A DNA stretch of 64,000 nt from Waddliaceae bacterium (lineage in GTDB: Bacteria; Chlamydiota; Chlamydiia; Chlamydiales; SLFE01). The position numbers were made by a program, and so were the translations under genes. The stretch covers positions 1-64,000 of the forward strand of contig CAWAPJ010000019.1 of assembly GCA_963783885.1 (NCBI GenBank), written 5' to 3'. The notes under the pieces are model-generated. The model was not told where the DNA came from. It searched no databases and worked only from the letters and a program-made list of their open reading frames with translations. This document shows positions 58,898-64,000 of the stretch, piece by piece (the stretch's first letter is position 1; every line of letters begins with the position of its first letter).

Positions 58898-61141
58898 ATG
58901 GGTCCGTTGAATGTTAATCGAGTAGAATCTTTCCCATTCCTCCAAAAACGGAAAGTTAAGGGGACTCATATTGCCTTAAAGGCCCTTCAGCATAGCAGGA
59001 GCGACCCGACATTGAGCCCTCAGAGAGTGAAAGTTCTGACTCCAAAGGATTATACAAGAATCCCCTCACCCTATAGAAAAGCTAAACCTCCTGAATCGGA
59101 GGCAGTTAAAAGAGCCAAAAAAGATGCTGCTGCAAATGGCTGGTTAATCTCGGCGCGGATTCAAGATTATGGGATCGACAATCAAAAGGACTTAGTAGAC
59201 ATTGCGAAAATCGCCGCGCGGCAAGATGGCGGAGGTGTGTCGGCCTATATTGAAAATTATGGAATAACTAGCGAAGACGATCGAATCGAGATAGCATTGC
59301 TCGCCGCCATGCACAACGGGATTGCCGATGCCGACGAGGAAAGTACTGTCTCGGCTTTTATTGGAAACTATCGGATAAAGAATCAAAAAGGTCTTGTCAA
59401 GATAGCTATGGCCGCCGCCAAACATAATGGTCTGAGAACCGCTCAGCATTTTCGAAATTATAGAATCAAAGATTCTAATGATCGAGAAATAATATTTCGC
59501 GAGACATTGAAAAATAATTCCAACGCCATTAGATTCGCGAACCAGTTCGATCTTGAGCTAAAGACACTTGCCAAGATCTCTTCGGATCTGCTGAAAAAAC
59601 ATCCTTTGTTGGCGTCGCTTGTTTTTGATACGTTCAACAACAAACCTGTTATGCTGCTCAAAATTCAGGCCGAGCTGTATAAAAACTTCCCTCGGCTGGC
59701 CAAACAGCTCAGCCAGAAAAAATCGATGATTTCAGAGGAAGCTTTAAGAAATTTTTCACTAAAAGATACTTTATCAATACTCGACAACCGTGATTTTTCA
59801 AAAAGAGAGTTCAAAAACTTGATGGCAGTAATCGATAAAGTTAAAGAGTCGCAAAATCCTCATGAAAATACACTTTGGTTGATAACCGCTTTAATAACTC
59901 TTGATAAACTCGATCACAGTATTTTGAAATATCTTTTGAAAAAAAATGTTCTATTGAAAATGGCTGATCTTAAGCCTCGGTCATATAGGAGTATGCTTGT
60001 CGATGATATCGCGATGTTTTCCAATGCAAATAAGGAATGGCTAAGCATTTATCAAGATCTCAATCGAAAGAGTGGGAGAGGGATCCATCGGCTCATACCC
60101 AATCTCTACCTGGCCCATTTTTTATGTCAGGGATTTGACAAAGAGGCTGTTGAAGATTTGGCAATTTCCATTGGTAAAAACAACCATTTAAGAAAACATA
60201 AATTTCAAAGTGTCTTTTATCCTTTTTTTCACAAGCTAATGAACAATCAAACTCTCCACACATTTGACCGGGAATATATTCTAAACCTACTGTTCGTCGA
60301 AGAGGAGTCAATTAAACAGAATGTCTATATTCTCGATATCATCTTATCTCATGGCGAGGGAAGCATGCTGACTTCAGATCTCGCTAAAACCAACGGCAAT
60401 TTTAGCAAGTTGCTGAATCGGTTTTTCCAAAGCGAGGGGAAGGTGAAATCATTGAAGCACTTTGCTGACAGGTTCAATGATGTCATAGGTTTCCAAAATG
60501 TTTCGGGTAAGGCATTCTTGTCTCTTTGGGTATCTCTTAGCGACCTGCCGGAGGCCCGAAGAGTCCAAGCCTTTCATCAGCTTGGGTTGTATTTGGATGG
60601 AGCCTTGTGTCGAAAAACACAAAAGGTGCGGAAGAAAAATACTCTTCATAAGATCAAAAATATGTCTCAATGGGAGCAACCTTTGCCGAGAGGCATCAGC
60701 GGAGATCTGACCGCATTGGAAACCGATAAGTCAAAAACCATGCTTGAAGGGCTTGCATTCATGAGTAGTTTGGATCGGGTCGAAGTGAATGAAGCCTTGC
60801 TTTCAGTTCTCACGGATGCAAAAAACCGCATGATTGTCGTTAAAGATAAAAAAGGGCAGATTCAAGGAGCTGCTGTCATGAAGCTTCTTTTTGAGAAAAA
60901 ATCACAAAAACCTTTGATTTTTTTAGATAAGATCTATCCGGTCCGTCCTAGCAGAGGAATTTCTGAAATGATCCTCGAGACGGCCAAGAAAAAAAGCAAT
61001 ATTATGGGATTTGACCTTTACCAAAAATCCGAGGGACGTAAAACCGATGCTCCGACACTCCTCTCTTTAGGATCCGCATCCTATTCGGAATACTGCGACG
61101 GAGCAGGCGGAATCATAAAATGGAGGCTCTTATACAATTGA
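58898..61141 (+). CDS. Large hypothetical protein with N-terminal helical repeats, effector-like
   Basis: Repeats of I.NY.I.....L..IA..AA...G; basic, Pro-rich N-terminus. Confidence 0.75.
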   Translation: MGPLNVNRVESFPFLQKRKVKGTHIALKALQHSRSDPTLSPQRVKVLTPKDYTRIPSPYRKAKPPESEAVKRAKKDAAANGWLISARIQDYGIDNQKDLVDIAKIAARQDGGGVSAYIENYGITSEDDRIEIALLAAMHNGIADADEESTVSAFIGNYRIKNQKGLVKIAMAAAKHNGLRTAQHFRNYRIKDSNDREIIFRETLKNNSNAIRFANQFDLELKTLAKISSDLLKKHPLLASLVFDTFNNKPVMLLKIQAELYKNFPRLAKQLSQKKSMISEEALRNFSLKDTLSILDNRDFSKREFKNLMAVIDKVKESQNPHENTLWLITALITLDKLDHSILKYLLKKNVLLKMADLKPRSYRSMLVDDIAMFSNANKEWLSIYQDLNRKSGRGIHRLIPNLYLAHFLCQGFDKEAVEDLAISIGKNNHLRKHKFQSVFYPFFHKLMNNQTLHTFDREYILNLLFVEEESIKQNVYILDIILSHGEGSMLTSDLAKTNGNFSKLLNRFFQSEGKVKSLKHFADRFNDVIGFQNVSGKAFLSLWVSLSDLPEARRVQAFHQLGLYLDGALCRKTQKVRKKNTLHKIKNMSQWEQPLPRGISGDLTALETDKSKTMLEGLAFMSSLDRVEVNEALLSVLTDAKNRMIVVKDKKGQIQGAAVMKLLFEKKSQKPLIFLDKIYPVRPSRGISEMILETAKKKSNIMGFDLYQKSEGRKTDAPTLLSLGSASYSEYCDGAGGIIKWRLLYN

Positions 61142-61219
61142 ACACGCACAGGAAATATAAAAGTTCAATATTGTTCAAAAGAATTAAGTGTGTTAGATTC
61201 TTCTCAAGAAAGTGGGAGA

Positions 61220-61822
61220 ATGCTTTTGACTATTGCCAATTGGCTGACAATTCTAAGATTATTAATCAGCCCCTTTTTTTTATTGATTTACGTCTATCCG
61301 AAGACATTTTACGTCTCAGAGGCGTCTCTTCCCTTCGTTCTTCTTGCCTTATTTTTATTTTTTGAGCTTTCCGACGCATTCGACGGATTTATTGCAAGAA
61401 AGTATGAACAGGTGACGGAATTGGGAAAGCTGCTCGATCCGATGGCCGACAGCATTACGAGGACATCGGCTTTTTTAACCTTCACGCTAGGACCGGTGCA
61501 GCTTCCGATAGTGATCGTTTTTATTTTTATCTATCGCGACACCATGGTCGGGACGCTCAGGACTATCTGCGCTCTAAAGGGATTTGCCCTTGCCGCCAGA
61601 GTTAGCGGCAAAATCAAGGCCATCATTCAGGCGATTGCCATCTTTGTCATCATAGCGATGATGATCTTCCATTCTTTAGGGGGGATTTCGCAGCAAACGC
61701 TTCAATTTGCCGCCTCCTTGGCAGGGTGGATTGCCGCCCTATATGCGGTATATTCCGGAATAGAATACTTTACTGTAAACCGCAGCTACATCGCTCGAAT
61801 GCTGCATAGCAGCCCGCGATAG
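61220..61822 (+). CDS. pgsA: CDP-diacylglycerol--glycerol-3-phosphate phosphatidyltransferase
   Basis: ANWLTILR and DAFDGFIARK...GKLLDPMAD. Confidence 0.92.
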   Translation: MLLTIANWLTILRLLISPFFLLIYVYPKTFYVSEASLPFVLLALFLFFELSDAFDGFIARKYEQVTELGKLLDPMADSITRTSAFLTFTLGPVQLPIVIVFIFIYRDTMVGTLRTICALKGFALAARVSGKIKAIIQAIAIFVIIAMMIFHSLGGISQQTLQFAASLAGWIAALYAVYSGIEYFTVNRSYIARMLHSSPR

Positions 61823-61831
61823 CGGGCTGCT
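61808..61831. terminator. Hairpin between convergent genes
   Basis: AGCAGCCCGC-GATA-GCGGGCTGCT. Confidence 0.6.
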
Positions 61832-61840
61832 TAAAAGAAC

Positions 61841-62287
61841 TTACTTGCGGATGATATTGGAGAGGTGGTCAGCATAGGCTTTCGCGCCCCCGGCTTTGTA
61901 GCCTGTTTTTCCCAGAACATTTTCGTTCGGGTCGAGAACGATGACAGTCGGGAATCCATTGATATGATACTTGTTTTTCAGCTGTTCGTTTTGCTGCTTT
62001 ACTTGCGGGCTTTGGTTTGAAGACATGGGGAAGTCGAGATCGACAAAGATCATCTTGTCGGCCATTCGATTGGCGAAATCAGGTGATTTGAACACTTCGT
62101 TGTCTAGCTTTTTACACCATCCGCACCAGTCAGAACCTGTAAAAAATAAGAGTATGGGCTTAGACTCGCTTTTGGCCTGCTGAACCGCTTTAGAATAGTC
62201 GGTTTGCCAATTGATCGACGAGGCCGCAAATGCAGTTGCCGCTGCAAAGACCATAAGACAAAAGCTTAATAATTTGAATGTTTTCAT
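61841..62287 (-). CDS. Exported thioredoxin-family protein (DsbH-like)
   Basis: Signal peptide; FTGSDWCGWC and GFPT. Confidence 0.88.
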   Translation of the reverse strand: MKTFKLLSFCLMVFAAATAFAASSINWQTDYSKAVQQAKSESKPILLFFTGSDWCGWCKKLDNEVFKSPDFANRMADKMIFVDLDFPMSSNQSPQVKQQNEQLKNKYHINGFPTVIVLDPNENVLGKTGYKAGGAKAYADHLSNIIRK

Positions 62288-62360
62288 AAAAAAAACCCCT
62301 TACGTTTTAAAACGTTTTAAGTTAAACTGCTCAGTTTAATATAAATGAATTTCCAGAAAT

Positions 62361-62813
62361 ATGCAAGGTTACCCCCCTACAGTGATCCTTAGGCACCGCC
62401 GTGAAAACCTTAAGAAATGCAGCCTGAGAGGTTTGGAAAGCCGCGATGATATGAGATTCTTTACTTACCCAAAAGATTCCCTGCCATGTCTGGAGGGGGC
62501 AGTTATGCTCGATTTGGAGGGGCCGGAGTTGTCGCGGGAAGATGGAGACAGGCCCCTTTTGCTTGTTGACGCCACTTGGAGATGGGCTGAAGTGATGAAG
62601 AGTCAGATTCCCTTGGTGGAAAAAAGAAGCCTTCCAGCCGGCTTTAGGACCGCATATCCCCGAAAACAGCAAGATTGTTCTGATCCTGAAAGAGGGCTCG
62701 CCTCTGTGGAGGCTCTCTATATCGCCTATCAAATTCTGGGGAGGGAAACCGCCGGTTTACTCGAAAATTATTATTGGAAGGCAGAATTTATAAAAAATAA
62801 CAGATTTTATTGA
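62361..62813 (+). CDS. Tsr3/DUF367-like aminocarboxypropyltransferase
   Basis: ENLKKCS, LVDATW, RSLP and LASVEA. Confidence 0.7.
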   Translation: MQGYPPTVILRHRRENLKKCSLRGLESRDDMRFFTYPKDSLPCLEGAVMLDLEGPELSREDGDRPLLLVDATWRWAEVMKSQIPLVEKRSLPAGFRTAYPRKQQDCSDPERGLASVEALYIAYQILGRETAGLLENYYWKAEFIKNNRFY

Positions 62814-62868
62814 CTTTTTTAAAAAAATATCTTATAATATAGCTTATTATTTGACAAACTAAGATTTA

Positions 62869-64000
62869 ATGATGTTTCAACTATTTTTTGACGCGCTAGG
62901 TATAATTGACGATAACCTCTGGTCCTATATCGGGTTCCCCATCATTGTGCTTTTGGGTCTCGCTTTGTCCATTGTATCCCGTTTTGTTCAAGTGCGCCGC
63001 TTTCCCGAGGCACTGACAAGCTTTTTAAATTTTTTCTCTCCTAAGCAGAGATCAAGCATAGGTGTACATCCCTTGAAAGCGTTTTTCGCATGCCTTGGCG
63101 GATGTATTGGTATTGGAAATATTGTGGCTGTCTGCACAGCGGTGCAGGTCGGCGGTCCCGGCGCTCTGCTGTGGATATGGATAACGGCGATTTTGGGCAT
63201 GGCGATGAAGTATTCCGAGGTTTATCTCGGGATCCGCTACAGAGTCAAAAATAATGAAGGCGGTTACAACGGCGGGCCGATGTACTTTTTACAGCGCGTC
63301 TTCAAGACGATGTGGATTCCCGGCTTTGTTGCGCTTTTACTTTGCGTGTACGGAGTTGAAGTTTATCAGTTCAGGATTGTCACTGAAAGTCTGACGGAAA
63401 ACTTTTCTCTGAATTATTATGTTGTCGCCTTTACTTTGCTTGCCCTTGTGATCTATGCCGGAAGTGGAGGGGTAAGCCGCGTCGGAGAAATTTCCAGTGC
63501 GATCATTCCGTTTTTTATTTTGATCTTTTTAGGGATGGGGCTTTGGGTTCTGGCAAATAACTTGTCCGAAATTCCATCGGCATTCGCGACTGTTTTCCGG
63601 TCGGCATTTACCGGCCACGCAGCGACAGGGGGATTTATCGGCAGCGGTCTGATGATGACCATTTCCCAAGGAATTCGGAGAGGATGTTATGCCAGCGACG
63701 TCGGAATCGGATACGCGTCTGTCATTCACAGCGAGACCAGCTCACAGATACCCGAAAAACAGTCTTCTCTGATTTTTATCGACCTCTTTTTGGATATCTT
63801 TATCGTCTGCACCATCAGCATTTTTTTAGTGCTTGTGACAGGGCTTTGGACCCAGGACATTCCGGCGACTCTGCTTGTACAAACAGCGCTTGCGCAATAT
63901 TTTCCTTACATGGAATATTTTATGCCTGTCTTTATTTTGCTCTTGGGGTATTCCACAATTATTGCCTACTTTTGCGTTGGTTTGAAGTGCGCCGAATTCC
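62869..64000 (+). CDS. Sodium:alanine/glycine symporter (AgcS/DagA family), 3'-partial
   Basis: Open frame with GIGNIVAV..A...GGPGALLWIW and GGPMY; runs off the window. Confidence 0.9.
   Translation, partial: MMFQLFFDALGIIDDNLWSYIGFPIIVLLGLALSIVSRFVQVRRFPEALTSFLNFFSPKQRSSIGVHPLKAFFACLGGCIGIGNIVAVCTAVQVGGPGALLWIWITAILGMAMKYSEVYLGIRYRVKNNEGGYNGGPMYFLQRVFKTMWIPGFVALLLCVYGVEVYQFRIVTESLTENFSLNYYVVAFTLLALVIYAGSGGVSRVGEISSAIIPFFILIFLGMGLWVLANNLSEIPSAFATVFRSAFTGHAATGGFIGSGLMMTISQGIRRGCYASDVGIGYASVIHSETSSQIPEKQSSLIFIDLFLDIFIVCTISIFLVLVTGLWTQDIPATLLVQTALAQYFPYMEYFMPVFILLLGYSTIIAYFCVGLKCAEF

Overview
The window is from a Chlamydiota chromosome, probably an environmental lineage. It carries chlamydia-type synteny: DUF1207, a LOG-like protein, MYG1, HIT and HEAT-repeat genes; dnaQ next to a T3SS chaperone; msbA-accA-L,D-transpeptidase; glgA; pgsA. 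Bases 1-21045 are an AT-rich accessory zone downstream of a minus-strand tRNA(CAT), probably Ile2. This zone holds polymorphic toxin/immunity cassettes, a truncated group II intron, an IS903-group IS5 element, and a HicAB/XRE patch. It also holds at least two tandem tRNA-integrated islands: an 11.3 kb phage-satellite-like element with a Dcm/Vsr/MvaI-BcnI R-M cargo, and a 1.7 kb integrase-less mini-island with a nuclease fusion. The strongest signal is an IS110 (IS1111 group) inserted inside the IS5 terminal repeat. Its 3' non-coding region shows a readable bridge/seek RNA whose guides match that terminal repeat, and a second IS110 end sits in the opposite terminal repeat. The core region (21.1-64 kb) has an AbiEi/AbiEii module whose toxin is fused to ankyrin repeats, and two insertions flanked by duplicated 3' ends of core genes. 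It also has one of two hairpin-carrying MITE-like elements (the other lies in the island) and sigma54-type promoters on orphan genes. Dense frameshifts and a poly-C tract in the island suggest sequencing error or decay there. Family names come from motif recognition only; no database searches were run.
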